A stretch of DNA of 43,474 nt from NCBI RefSeq assembly GCF_000143415.4, contig NW_003314372.1, positions 587,800-631,273 on the forward strand. The letters run 5' to 3'. A program made the translations under genes and the position numbers. This DNA comes from Selaginella moellendorffii (Eukaryota; Plantae; Lycopodiophyta). Below are positions 13,005 through 26,030 of the stretch, one piece after another. Position 1 is the stretch's first letter; the number at the start of each line of letters is the position of its first letter. The notes below the pieces were generated by a model. That model worked only from the letters and a program-made list of their open reading frames with translations. It was not told the DNA's origin and ran no database searches.

Positions 13005-14060
13005 ACTGGTTATTTTGATCGGCTCCAAAACTGTAAAACAGCTGTAAATCACAAAATCTTAGGATTGTACTCCACACAGACCACTGCAAGAATACAGCAC
13101 TCATATATTCTCTGCCTTTCAATTCTTTAACGATAGAAAACTGCAACAGAACGACATTGCATTAGTTTTAAAAAGAAAGAAGAAAATTGATTACAAATTC
13201 ACTGTACCTGGCTTCAAATTCCATTACACAAGATCTGGAAAGAACTGCAGGATCTTGCTCGATAAATTTAGTTTCCTTCATAAACCTAAAATTTCCAAAG
13301 CTACGAATCTAGAATTCAAGAGGCACCACCGTTTTTGCCACCATGTAACAATCTTCACCGTTCTTTTGGAGCATCACAGATTTAGTCCGTCCGATTGGGA
13401 GCATCCACCATAAGTAAAAATGGATATTCTAAAAATGGAATATGTGACGCCGATGCCAAAATAGCAACTTTAAATAAAGAGTTTGATGATACTTTGTATA
13501 AGTTTATGTGGCATCATAATGATTAACAGAGTGTTAAATATAGCTATGTGATTAGGACGGCTAAGGACAAATATAGGGATCCGTAACCTACCTTTTGGGG
13601 AGTATAACTTAGAGGGAGAACGATTTTGGAGCATGGTTCATGTGGGAGATGAGTAACAAAGTCTGTCCAATAGTCTGTAGTTTGGTGCTATAGTTCGTTT
13701 ATAGGTTCGTGACATCCAGACAAGTTATGGCCTGGTAGAAAACGAGTACCTAAGCGCTGACATGGAGGAGTTGTTCCGCTCAAACTGCCTTGACTCCCAT
13801 CCCCTTTGGGTTTAGGGTTTAGGGTTGCTGCCACCCAGCGGCAGCACGCCTGCCATCGCCGCCCACACGATCGAGTAGAATAGGGGTTCGATCCCTGGCT
13901 TCTCCCTTCTAACTCCTCTCCCTCTTGACACAAGAATGGCAGAAGGAAATTGGAAAGCGATACCCACAGGCTTCTCATGTGTGTGTGAAGAGGATTCTTC
14001 CTACTATTCACACACATGAAAAATCAGCCTCCTCATAACCCATGACATTCGCAGTAACAT

Positions 14061-14620
14061 TTGGCTCCAATACCACTGTTGCGAACAATCTCTTCTATTA
14101 TATCCGAGAAGACAATGTGGAGTACATCAACTAGCTGAGAAGGAAAGATACTCAGATACTTTCAGTGACAGAGGGAAGAGAATGGAGCGAGAGAGAGGAA
14201 TTTCCGGACAAGCCAGACAAGGTGAGGGCAGATAGAGAGTACGGAAAATGTAACCTACCTCCGTCCCAGGGGTTTTACAAAGGAAAATTTGGAGTCAGTG
14301 ATTTTGTGCCTAGGGCATCTAGGTTGTCATCCAGTTTGTGTTTGTGGGTTCCCATCACCTTTTTCTGTCCATGTTCTTCCCGCTGCAGCTTTCTACCTCA
14401 GCTAGCACGAATCAAACAGGGCTCTCCACCCACCGTTCAGAGTACGTTCTGAACGTACAGAACGTACCGCTGCACTCTGCACGTTCTGAACGTTCAGAGT
14501 ACGTTCTGCCTCGTACTCTATTACCACACTTGGGGATGGGGCCACCCAGTTTCCTCAGCCGGCCACAAGAATGCCTGAAATTCCCGTCGAATTTTGAGGA
14601 GGTAGGAGTACGTGGAGACA
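14061..14620 (-). mobile_element. LTR retrotransposon remnant: LTR (~14620->14077) plus tRNA-iMet-type primer binding site
   Basis: Minus strand ...GCAACA-G-TGGTATTGGAGCCAA: LTR CA end at 14077, then a PBS at 14075-14061 similar to the canonical TGGTATCAGAGCC. Candidate LTR start TGT at 14620 is uncertain. 13490-14060 is probably non-coding internal sequence. Confidence 0.6.
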
Positions 14621-14863
14621 ACGGTCCTAGGAGATATTTTATGATGCAGGCGGCACATGCCATACCCGCCTAGAGCTATGCAATACTCCACCCAATTTAT
14701 AAAAGTCCCGGCTTAAGTGCAAAACGTTTGGCAGTGGCAATGTTGAGAGAAGCTCATCGCCCTTCTGCCTTCATGGAACTATTTTGTGCTTGAGAAATGC
14801 CTAATTTAGATGCATTGCCAATCTGATAATACTGCTACCAGCATTCGTAGTTGCTCTGCCATT

Positions 14864-17800
14864 TTAAGTTCCTGCAAACTGTGGGTGGGCTCTCATCTTG
14901 AACGCGTGTAGTCCTTCTTTGAGCCCTACTATTCTTGCGACTTGCTGCTTGCCTAATAACGGTTAAAAAAATAATATAGTTCTGCCAAAGATATGATATG
15001 TGCTTACTTATATCTCGAAGTTTAGACTTTGTGTTGATGCTGGAGATCTTTTCTTTCAGAGCAGCATCCTTCGTTTCACCACCCACTGGAAATAAAAGAA
15101 AGATAGAAAAACACTTGTCTTAAACTACATTGTATAGCCTTACATGATTTACTGCAGAGCTGGTGCTGAAAACTAAATTCCTGGTGTAACTTTGCCGCTT
15201 GCAGTTGTAAATCTTTATTCTGGCTTCTTATGTCGTTTGTCCTGTCGTTAAGCTGTTGGAGATGGACATTTTTCTCATCTACTTTCTTCTCGTGCAATTT
15301 TTTGTTATGCTCCAGTCTGCAAATTAAAGGATCTGATTAAACCCATCTATCTTTAATCATATACCTGTTTTCTAGTCCCACGCTTTCAGATGCGCTTGCA
15401 ACATCATCTTTATTCTTGATAACCTTTTGAAGAGCTGTGAAACAAAAAGAAAACGTTATGTAAAAATTACTTATCACACCTTGTTATTATTACCTTTAGT
15501 GTTGCGCAATAGCTGTATGTACTTGATCTTCTCTGAGAGTGTGCCTTGCAAAACTTGGTGCCTCTGTATTTCCCATTGAACATCAAAGATTCCTCGTTTA
15601 AAGTCTTTGATAGCTACTAGCATTTCAATCTGCAAGACATGGGGTCGAGTGTGTCTAACAAAACTGTTGATGAAACCTTCGAGTTTGCTTCTCGGAGTAT
15701 GACAGAGTTGAACTCCTGCACAATATTTCTTGGTAGTAAAACAGCATCGTCATAAGCCTCTTCGAGTGGTTTTAACACCACCTCCAACAGACCTTGCTTC
15801 AAGTGCAAAACAAAGGCCATGTCCCTTTTCTTTTTTTCTCTGTTGTCACGAAACTCTGCAAATTAAAAGAGCATACAAATGAAAACCTGCTTGTGAGTAC
15901 ATGCAAAACGTAACACCTGCAAAATTTCTAAGAGCCTTTTCGATTCTTTTGCGGATAGCATCATCTAGTGAAGAAAGTTTATTCAAGTAAGTCCCCATTC
16001 TCTGAAGTGTCTCTCCGTTCTTTTTTACTTCATCTTCTTTCTGGATCTTCCTGTTACGAGCAGCTAAAAGCCTCTCCCAATGCTCCGGTTCAACATCCTA
16101 AAAATGCATCTAAAACCTTTCATTTCCTGTACTCAACCCTCAAAGCTATACCTCTGGTCGATCGTCAAAAGGGTCAATTGACGGAGGCTTTAGTAAAAGC
16201 AAAGATCGTCGTTGCAAAGCCTGATAGAAGGATTGTTGGAAGGAAAAAAACAAGGAAGAACATAAAATTACCGAGCTTCGTCGTCTTTGCTGCAAGGATC
16301 CTCTACGTGGCTGCTCCTTTTGATGTGCTGCTGGCTTTGGAGATCCCCTAAACACGAGAAATGAAAGAAACATACACACTGTAATCTATATCACGAAATC
16401 TTACTTTGGAGAAGCTCGCCGCTTTTTAAAATGTTTGTATAACAATCCTACGACATCGCCACAATCTTGAAAGTCCTTTTTAAAATTTCGATCGAGTGCT
16501 TTGTCCTCTTGAATGAGGTACTCGAATCTATCACGAAATTCATCTACCTGAAATTCTCTTCCATAAACTCCCCAACAAATTTTCTGTACACGCTACCTCT
16601 CTCTTGAATTCAGTCACTGCACTAACAGAACGTCCCTTGGATGCTTTTAAGGAGTCAAGAGCTTTTGCAAGCTCTGCTTCAGTTTTCTCATCTCGAAGCT
16701 CCTCGTCTTCGATCTCTGTACTTAAACGAGCAATCGTCTGCTCAACTTCAACACACTTGCACTCCTCCTAAAACCAAAACCTGTAAGTTCTGTGACAGCC
16801 GTACGAAAGCTACCTGAAGGCGTGATCCGTAGAGCTCAAGCACTGAAGCATCGAACATAACCATACTCTCTTGGATATCAGTTTTAAGTTTGCGTATTTC
16901 TGCTTCTTGAGCACGAATTTTCTTTTCCCTCTCTTCTTTCATTAACTGAAGCCATAGATAAAATTCATAGCTTGAAAACGGTGAAGTGCATACCTTTAGC
17001 TTTTGCTCAAACTCTTTCAGCTCCTTAATCTGTTCTTTGGTGAATGTTTTTGGATTTCCCGACATCCATGACAGCTTCTCTATTTGGACCTCCACTGTGA
17101 CGTCTTCTTCCTCTCTCATTTCAAGCTTTCCACCCATCATGTCCATCAAAGCTCGCTCGGGTGCATCGCCACCCATTTTTAGCCTACACCAAGCGTGAGA
17201 TTAATGAGAGAAAACCCAAGAGTATTACCTAAACGCCTCTTCCTCATCCCTTTTTACGGCTTCAAGCCTGTCCTGCTCACTGACTGGCTTTGAAACTGAA
17301 ATTTCGTTGTCTTTGACTTCAAATAAAGCCCTTAAGTTCTGAAAAAAAATTAAAAAAATACAAAAGCGTTATAATCGTTCAGACCAGAACCAGTACAAAC
17401 GTCTGTTCTGTTGAGTTCGGGGAGAATGAAGTCGTCTTTCTGTCCAAGAGACTTCTGGAGCTCTCGAATTCTCGTATGCATTTCCCTAATTTTTTCAATA
17501 GTATGGGTTTTGCTTCTACCACACTCTTCCATCTTGTCGTTAAATCCCTCTCGAATCTCCAAAAGATGTGTTTGAAGTAGAAGACGCTGCATTATGACGG
17601 GATTAATTTGCTGAATTAATATTACAATTTATTTATAATTTTAAAAAGAAAACCTGTATCCGTTTTCGTTTGGGGGAGCTTAGATCGAATGAGTGATATA
17701 GGAGAGCTTCCGTTGGACCCATTTCCAGCATCTCAGGTGTAATAACCTCGTCCTCCTCATTTTCTTCCAATGGTATTAGCGGCAGTGGCAGTGGCACCGT

Positions 17801-20800
17801 AGAAGGTCTTGGTACACTTGTAGTTTCTGGATCACTACTTTCTTTTCCACCACTAGAGGTACCTTTCCCGTCTTCAGCTTCCTCTCCTAAAGTCTCAGTT
17901 TGTGCGTCCACACCTTCCGTACCACTATCTCCTTGAGGATTTTCACTGGCATTTGCAATAGACGCTATTTCATTTGAATTTCCTTCTTGGATGCTCTCTG
18001 TCCCTAATGGGTGACCTTCCCCATGCTCTGCTTCTTGCGTAACCATGATGAACTTCGTTTTCTGAATGTAAACTATCTCTTGCATTTCAACTATACGTAG
18101 CAGTTTCGCTACCCTGCCCATTTTGTTGGGAGCTCTGTGCCGGGCGTGCATAGGGAAGTTTGGGACTGCGTAGCCTTGAATGAAAGGCCAGATATGAATT
18201 TCTGAAACATAAAAATTCATAAAATAAAAATAAGATTATATAGGCCTACCAGGCTCCACCATTGGCGTCCAGCATTCCGCTTTTATACGTTCGGCAAGTA
18301 AATCCTTTCGTAAGTTTTCAACTTTGACCTGAAAACATGGTAAGCATAACAAGCTCAACCTTACTCAAGTTTTACCTCTTCTCGTGCAGCTACTACTCTT
18401 TTCTCACCCAGCTGTCTCAGAGTTCTCTCAAGGTCAAGATCCACAACAAGTTCAGTTCTGTTCAATCTCTCAAGCTCCGGTACCTAGAATCACTCTAGGT
18501 ATCAGCACAACGTTTTATATAATTCTTACCTTGTCGTTCTTGTCAAATATTTCCTGGAATTCTCTTCTTAATAAACTAATCTTATTCCGCGTCTCTGTTG
18601 CATATGCTTGACTCACCAATGCCGATCTACGGGATTCACAATCACTGAAAACATTTGATGAAAAAGGAATTATACCTCTCTTCAGATGTTTGTACGTGTT
18701 TATCGGTTAAAGCTGGCTCGTCTTCATCGTCCTCGACATGTGAAACCAGGTTGCTTTCACGTGGAGAAAGACCTGGAGGACTACGACCTGTAGACATATG
18801 CAGGGATGATGAGCGATGATAAGTAACTGCTGATACCTGCGACGCTCTTATCCATGACCTCACAAACAAAAATGATTCCATTTGCACCACCAGTGTAAAC
18901 TTTACCTCCTGCCATAGTCACACATGTGAGGCCGCCGGCATAGCCATCATATATCTGCATTTCACGCACTTTCTGAGGAGTAGACAAAGGATCCAGGACT
19001 TGTGTTCTTATTTGTAAGGATCCATCTTCGGCACCGGTGACGAGTAAGGACCTTTCAGCAGATAGAACTGCAGTTGGGCGTTAGTTTCTCGCCACCAAAA
19101 TCAGTTTTTCTTACAAAGGGCAGTCCCGGGTTTGGCATGGCCAGGAATGATAAAATGTGGGGTAAAAGGCATGGCATCTGGCCCCGTCCATGCTTGAAGT
19201 GAGTCCGGTAGTCGATACTGTTGCAGCTTCTTGTCTTGTCCCAAGGCCCAAAGCACTTTCCTTTCAACTCCTTCCTTTTCAAGGTAGTATTTTCCTACTT
19301 GCATTGCTAATGCAGGAGATGCAATACGAAAGCTGGGAATATGAAAGAGAAGATAAGTCCTTGCTTTCTATTTCCTTGAAAGAATACCTTATTCGCCTCA
19401 AAGCTTTGTTTTCAAAAAAGAATCCACCCCCAGGGGCTTTTGTTGTTGGGACTTTAAGCTTAACAATCTCACCGCGGCCCAAGGACAGCAAAACAACAAG
19501 GTCTTCCCCTGTTGATCATATCAAGTGTCCTGCACAAAAAATTATCTACACATACCACTAGAAACAATGTCCCATGCAAAAGCCAGAACTACATCCTGTA
19601 AAACAGCATAGCCTAGTAAGTTCAGGTCCCCTACATCGACCGGAGAACTTTTCAGGAAATATAATCTTCCATCAGTCCGGGATATCGCAATGACATATCT
19701 TGCATCTGGCGAAAAACCGACCTGCAAGGAATACTAGTCACCAAGGAGGAAATACGTGCTTGTACCTGATCTATACCTTATCTATTGAAGTGTTGTGCAG
19801 CTTCGTCCTAAATATAATGGCTGACCGTCCGCCGCTGTCGACTTTAGCAACGTTAAGATATCCAGTTGCAGATCCAACAACTAGCGCACTCTGTAGGACA
19901 TGGATTAGTCTTCAAAACGAACCTAATCAGCTTACATTTTCTTCATTGCTCTCGATGCACCCAAGAGGTGATTGAAAGCACTGCCGGGAAAGCTCTCGAG
20001 TTCGCTCTGCATCCCATACTCTTAAAGTTCCGTCATCTCCACAAGTCGCAATAAACTTTCCATCACTGCATTTTTTTTTAAAAGAAAACAAAATTTGACA
20101 TAAGGAAGGTTACCTGAGTGTTACGATTCCACATATAGGACCATCGTGATGCACAGTCCTGCATTCGATTTGAGCTATTTGCTGCTGCGACCGTGAATTT
20201 CTTGGGGAATAACCGTGCGCCAGTGACTGAAGAAACTGACCATTCAGCTTGACCACCACCATAGACCCATTGGAAGTTCCAAGGACTAGCTGGAGGCCAT
20301 CGCTTCTGTACGCTGCTACAACTATGTCATATATATCCAAATCAGTTCCAGAGAGAAGAAACGCATCTGGCTCGTTCCCTTCTCGTGTACTTTCAATGGG
20401 CTCTGTCGGGGCCTCCTTTTGTTTTTCTTTGGCGCCTTTGCCACCTGCTTTCTCTCTTGGAACTTTAACTTTTGATTGCCCTTCAGTGACAGGAAGTTTC
20501 GGTATGGAAGTAGCCCCACGAATGTAAAACCAAGAGATGTTTCCGTCCACTCCAATAACTGAGATGTGATAATCTCCAACACATATGGCCGCCACTTTTT
20601 CTCTAGACGGGAGAAGACAGAGAAACTTCCATTCTGGATGAGTGTCCCATGTATGCTGTTTGCATACAGTCTCATGAACAGTAAGCTCAATTCCCTCCTC
20701 AATCAGATCGTGTAACAAGATGTTGCCTGCCTGGCCAGCATCACAACTTACGTCAACGACCATTTTGGTTTCAACAATTAGAACCTCGCCCATGGCACCA

Positions 20801-21677
20801 CCAACATAGATGTGTAATCCGTTAAGCGCCCAAGCATGGCATTGAGGTTTAAAAGGAGCCATATACAGGACTTTACATGTAAATGATATCCTCTGGCAAA
20901 AAAAAAAAAAAAAAAGCAATGGACGAAAATAATCTATCATAAATGAAAACCTTAAAGCTTTGTTCGAATGTCCACACCGCAATTTTCCCGCTGCCATTGA
21001 CACAAATATGATCTGAATTGGCTGGACTAAAACTTGCATTTTCTGCAGCCCATTTCAATTGTCCATCCGCAAGCCTCACAGGATCTTCTGATTCTAAATC
21101 CCATAAAACCTTCACATTAAAACCAACATAAGAAAAATTCATCTTAGACTAAGTCTCACCAAACGAAAGTCAGGCTCCAAGGAGCACGTAAGGAGACGAC
21201 AGCCACGTTTTGAGAATGTCAGCGAGCACACCTCAAGCTCCGCCAACTCTGTTAGGAAAAATTGTCAGGAGGTTTAAAGAGAAAGTAGTAACATGCCTGT
21301 GAGCTTCGCAATCAGTCTCTGACTTTTAAAATCGTGTACAAAAACTGCTGGTCGCAATCCCTAAAATTAATAAGCCCGATCAGTAAGCAGTTGGTTTAAA
21401 AGATAGGGAAGTAAGAACCTTTTCCGCATACGCGATCCAATCATTAGCGGAGCTATAAGCAACGGCAGAAATTCCGAAATTTTCCCCTCTCAGAATCGGA
21501 AGATTCGGACCTCCGGCAAGGGAGTAGCAGCAAAGAGTGTTGCCACACAAACCAAGAGCGAGATTATTGTCGATATAGTGTAGTGGGCATCCGTGATACC
21601 CAATTGCATACCTTCAAACACTTCTAATAAGTACAGGAAATTATACAATCAACTTACTTCAATTCAAGCTTCTCCAT
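14864..21677 (-). CDS. CFAP43: Cilia- and flagella-associated protein 43 (WD40 repeats + coiled-coil C-terminus), multi-exon with tiny introns
   Basis: ATG at 21677. The spliced N-terminus MEKLELK|YAIGYHGCPLHYIDNNLALGLCGN is followed by WD40-like exons. C-terminal motifs I recognise from CFAP43/WDR96: ERALMDMMGGKLEM, LHLKQGLLEV, IEMLVAIKDFKRGIFDVQWE and KQQVARIVGLKEELHAFKMRAHPQFAGT* (TAA 14866-14864). Not every exon junction was checked. Confidence 0.9.
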
Positions 21678-24600
21678 GCAGCGAAGTCAAAAATCCTAAA
21701 TTGAAAGTGGTTAAACTCAACACCCTTTTGTAATTAGGGTTAACACCACATGCTTTAGGACAAGGAGCACAAGCGAGCGGGAGGAGGAGGCAGCCAGACG
21801 AAGGTGCAGTGGACAGCTCGTCTGCCATCTCTGTATCCCGTGGCTCATAAGAACCATGCCAAGGAGATAACAAAATGAGGACCTCTTGATGCCCAAAATC
21901 TGATTGCCAAGACTGACAAGAAGGCTTAGTTGCTCAAATGGCTTAAAACTCTCCAGAGACAACGACGAATTCCAAGGCAAGCAGGACGACATTCACCTTT
22001 GAAGAAGCCGGATGAGTGAGAAGCTGACCAAAAACTTCATCGGAGTGCTGGCGCCAGTGCAAACCTTTTCAGGAGGACGTAAAAATAAAGTGCAAACGAG
22101 AAGCCCATGTATGAGAGCGGCCTGAGGAAACAGATGGCTCAGTATGAATAAGGTATTCCTTGTATTATTGTTACACCAGCAGGCTGATTGCTGACAAAAG
22201 TAAACCCAAAACTGGACAAGCACTCCCTTTAGCAGTTGTGCTTGCAACACGTGGACGCTCTAAAGCACGTCCAGAACCTGGAATGGTAATACAGGGTGCT
22301 CCAGGAGAAGCTTGAAAAGGGATTGCATGCATGCGCATTTCTCCCCGACGTGAAATTACATATATAGTACAAGTCTGAGCCCGATAACTTGTACGTACGT
22401 TTTGAGTCGTCCATCTTTGACGTGCAGCTGAAGTGCGGGTCAAGCTTGCTGCTTGAGAAGAGCGGGCAGGCCTTGTTGGAGCAGCTGTGGCGGGGCAGAG
22501 TTTTTTTCAATCATCACCTGGTGGTTTTCACGTGCAAGACACTCAGCTGCACGGGCAAGGGGCGCATCAAAACTAGACACCAAGTTTGGAATTGACAAGG
22601 ATCTCGACACCAAGAACCAAAATATCAAGAAGTTTTATTACGAGATCGGGAGGTCACCTTCAGGCCCACAACAGCGTTGTCAAACTTTTTCAGTCCAAGC
22701 TGGCCGAGTTCGGTACTGCTCGGACTGCCAGAATACATTGCCAACAGTAGATCACATGAGAACAAACCAGCTTGGTGTTAAAAAGTCTGACTAGCTCTTT
22801 ACTTGACCCTCGTCTGAAGGCAAAATCTTATTCCATTGCAGCTATGTCGCTAAGAGATTGTTCAGTAAGTTTTTGTTTTCAATACAGTAGCAATCTATGC
22901 AGTATATTCAAGTGGCTGGATAAATATATATAAAAAAAAAGTAGTACCCTATGGAGACGACACTTGTTGAGTTGCTCAAGAAATTGAGGCAGACCCTGGA
23001 CCAGTTTTTGCATGTCTCTTGTCTGGTCCTCTCTATTTACATACACAGTGATTCATCTAGGTGTCTTTGACAATATTAATATACTTTGCACTCAGCTTTC
23101 TTATTTTTTTAACCAAACTGATTCATTTTATTAGTTAATATCAAATTTGCCGTACAACTAAAGATTTGAGGACAAGACAAGAAGATTTTCTAAAATTATA
23201 AGTCATACTAGCAGGGATCCCAGCTCCGCTGGAAAAAAGTAAAGAATGTTTTCAATATGAAAAAATGTAATCATACATACTTTGGGTTAGATCAACACAT
23301 TTAAAAAAAAAAAAAATAGAACAATGACTTATGATGATTTTCCCTATAATGAGACTTGGTGGTTCTCCCAGTAATGAGACTTGGTAGGTAGCCTTTTCTT
23401 TTTGTTTTTAAAAAAAAAAAGAAAAGAGAGAGCCATGTTAAAGGAGTGGAATTGAATAGTCATTTACAGCTTTTAATGCTACAAGTTGGTCACAGAAACT
23501 TTGCAGGTGCAAAATGCAGCTTCAGCACTTGCATCCACTCTAGCTGTGTCAAAGAGGGGAAGAAATTATTGGCAAAGATCCTGGGATTATCCTTTTCTAA
23601 GGTTGGTAGTTGACAATTTGTCAGAAAAGAATGGGAGAGTTTCTCTTTGCATTCTCCCCACCACCAGTAAGTCTTTTAGCAATTCAATAAGCTCTTCATA
23701 AGTTTTTGAACTAAGTTGATTAAGAATACCTTCAAAACCAAGAGAAAGAGTATACATCTATAAGTTCAATTACCAGATTCTGGCAACCAGCTCTGGACTC
23801 TCAAGAATCTAGAAAAAAAAAACTACTCCTGTAAAGGGTCATAGTTTAAACTCCAATCATGAAATTAAGAAGTTCTTTGATGCAACTTGTCTGATCAGAA
23901 AAACATTAGAAGAGGATTTTTATGGCCCAAGCGTTGTCGAAGTTGGGTGGCTCAGAAAGGTTGCACAAGTCACTTAGTTCCGGAGGTAGATCCTCTTGTT
24001 ATATGGCACCACAAACACAATGGTCATCTGGATGCTTGTCTTACTCTTTGCATTTTTTTGAACAATGCTTCAAGGTACAACTGGAGAAATTTGCTAGAGA
24101 TGCTCATCTTATACATATTATATGTTATGTAAATCTGTCTATTCTTTAATTCTTTTAAAGGCATTTCGTTCGTTCTCACTCATCACGTACTATTGATGAT
24201 GGAAGTGAGGCATGGGAGGCCACTATGAAGAGGAAGCTCCAAGACATGTGTCATACTAACCTTCCCTAAGTTGCATGAGTAGTTGATGTTTCACATATAT
24301 CTTAGTATTATCTGGCGCACTGAAACAAAGTGGCATTGACAATGAGGTAGCCAATGAACTTACATGTGACTAAAGTTGTGTAGACTGGCAAAAAATGGTG
24401 AAAGAAATCTATCCAAAAGCTTTTAACTCACAATCCAATCTTAACAGCAATCCAGGTGGCTTGAAGTACTTGTTTGTTGTGATAACAACTTTCTCAAGCA
24501 GAGAATTTGAATTATCTGAGAAGAATCTGAGTAGTCATCTGGCTTGATGGGACAACACATTTGCAGTTGAAAATAACAGGAACAAATGTGATGAATTTAA

Positions 24601-25237
24601 CTATGTTCTATGCCTCGTAGATCTTATTAGTGAAGCCCTCTAAAGCAAGGCCAAGGCCTATTCTCTGTGTTGTATTTATCCTGAAATCCTGACATAAGAA
24701 CAAAGTCAGATTCCAAAAAATTTTACTGAGTTTGACACGGCAGCTTTGTTTTCTACACGCCTGGGAGTGACCCTCTCCTTCTCTATGCCACACATCCACC
24801 AGGCTCCCATACAACTTAAGCACCGTGGAGAGGCTTATGGCAAAACCATCACAAACAAACAACTCCAGAACCACCTCCTTGCCAATCCCAGCATCAGTGA
24901 CATCTATGACACAGCACTGTGGCAAGCCATCTTGTCAAAGCTGGCTGAGAATCCACCAAGTTTCCACATTTCATGTACATGTCCTGTTTATCAATTTTTC
25001 TTATACTATATACCATTGGATGCATTAGAATCAATTTTGGCTTGTTGGAAATTGTCTTTACGAATGTTAACAGTTGGAATGAACACTACATTACTGAAAT
25101 CAATGCCATGAACCACTAAAATAGTGACTCATCTTTTAAATTTGCTATGTAAACCTCTGAAAATAAAACTAAAGAAACTACCTGATGCAAACACAGAGTG
25201 CAGCTTGTTTTGTATCAGCTTAAGTTCTTATTCCTCA

Positions 25238-26030
25238 TCATACCACGGGTCTACTGCTCACACCACTCTGATAACCGAGCCCAGTGATCGATCTCTCCAA
25301 GAACATCCTCTTGTTAACTCCATCAAACTCGCAGTTTCCACCTGTGAGTAGAATCATCCCATCCATAACTCGGCTGTTTGTTAGTTTGGCACTCTCCTCA
25401 TGGCAATGGATGCCATTTCTCCCACTTATGCCTGATCTACAGGCTGGAAGAATATCTCTGAATCGTTCCACACCAAGAACTATTTGGTAGTCCTTCTCAG
25501 TAAGAGGCCGTTGTATTACAAACTCTGGCACTATTTCCTGCAGTCCGGGTGGTGGCACTGAAGTATATGAAAGATCAATTTCCTGGAAGTAAAGCAGTTA
25601 GAAAGGGAAAAGAAAAGTAGTGACGAAAGTGATATACCTTGAGTTTCGAGGTTAGATGACTGAGTTCTGCTTCATCTTCATCTACATCTTCATATACACA
25701 ACTGTTCCTTGAATAAAAGGCTTTCTGCATTTTCGAGCAGAGGGTACTTCTGTGATGCTAGAATGTTACCACTATTCACTATCTTTTAACACCTTAATGC
25801 TTTCTCCGTTAGCTTTACATATATTACCTCAATCAGTCTAGATCCCGAAAAAGGTTCTTCAAGTATTCCACCTCATTTTCTAAATCAATAAGCTTTGAGG
25901 ATAGTTTTGCTGCTGCCATTTCTTGAAGCCGATAGCCCTGCTTTTCTCTCAAAGCTGCCAGTTCATACTCCCCAGGCTGCTCTTTTTCAGGTGGCAGTAT
26001 CCATGGCAGCTGCCACCATCTCGTTTTCAC
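25238..26030 (-). pseudogene. Fragment of an unidentified intron-containing gene (coiled-coil-like exon) within element B
   Basis: Coding-like segments 25833-26030 (EYELAALREKQGYRLQEMAAAKLSSKLIDLENEVEYLKNL) and 25238-25585 are separated by short GT-AG intron-like stretches and contain stops. Family not recognised. Confidence 0.4.

Larger units (their letters stand above)
4721..13489 (-). mobile_element. Non-autonomous Helitron-like element A (~8.8 kb, both ends visible)
   Basis: 5' end A|TCATCAAACTCTTTATTTAAAG at 13489 (alternative A|TC at 13486). 3' hairpin CCTAGC-TCC-GCTGGG (plus strand 4732-4746) lies 7 nt from the terminal CTAG (4721-4724), followed by T. No TSD. Carries PPR and peroxidase fragments; no Rep/helicase ORF. 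Confidence 0.8.
8882..13489 (+). repeat. Direct repeat of 1-4608 (period ~8.88 kb, roughly 99% identical by eye)
   Basis: Position 1 GGATTGATATTAGTTG recurs at 8882. ORFs recur at +8879 to +8881 (873/9752, 3458/12339) with scattered SNPs and microsatellite-length indels. Confidence 0.97.

Noticed and set aside
13808-13826. Plant telomere-like (TTTAGGG)2
   Set aside because: Only about 2.7 units; a common telo-box-type motif, not an interstitial telomere.
15968-20527. Plus-strand ORFs (15968, 16986, 18384, 19190, 19700, 20249)
   Set aside because: Antisense shadows of CFAP43 exons with no independent motifs.
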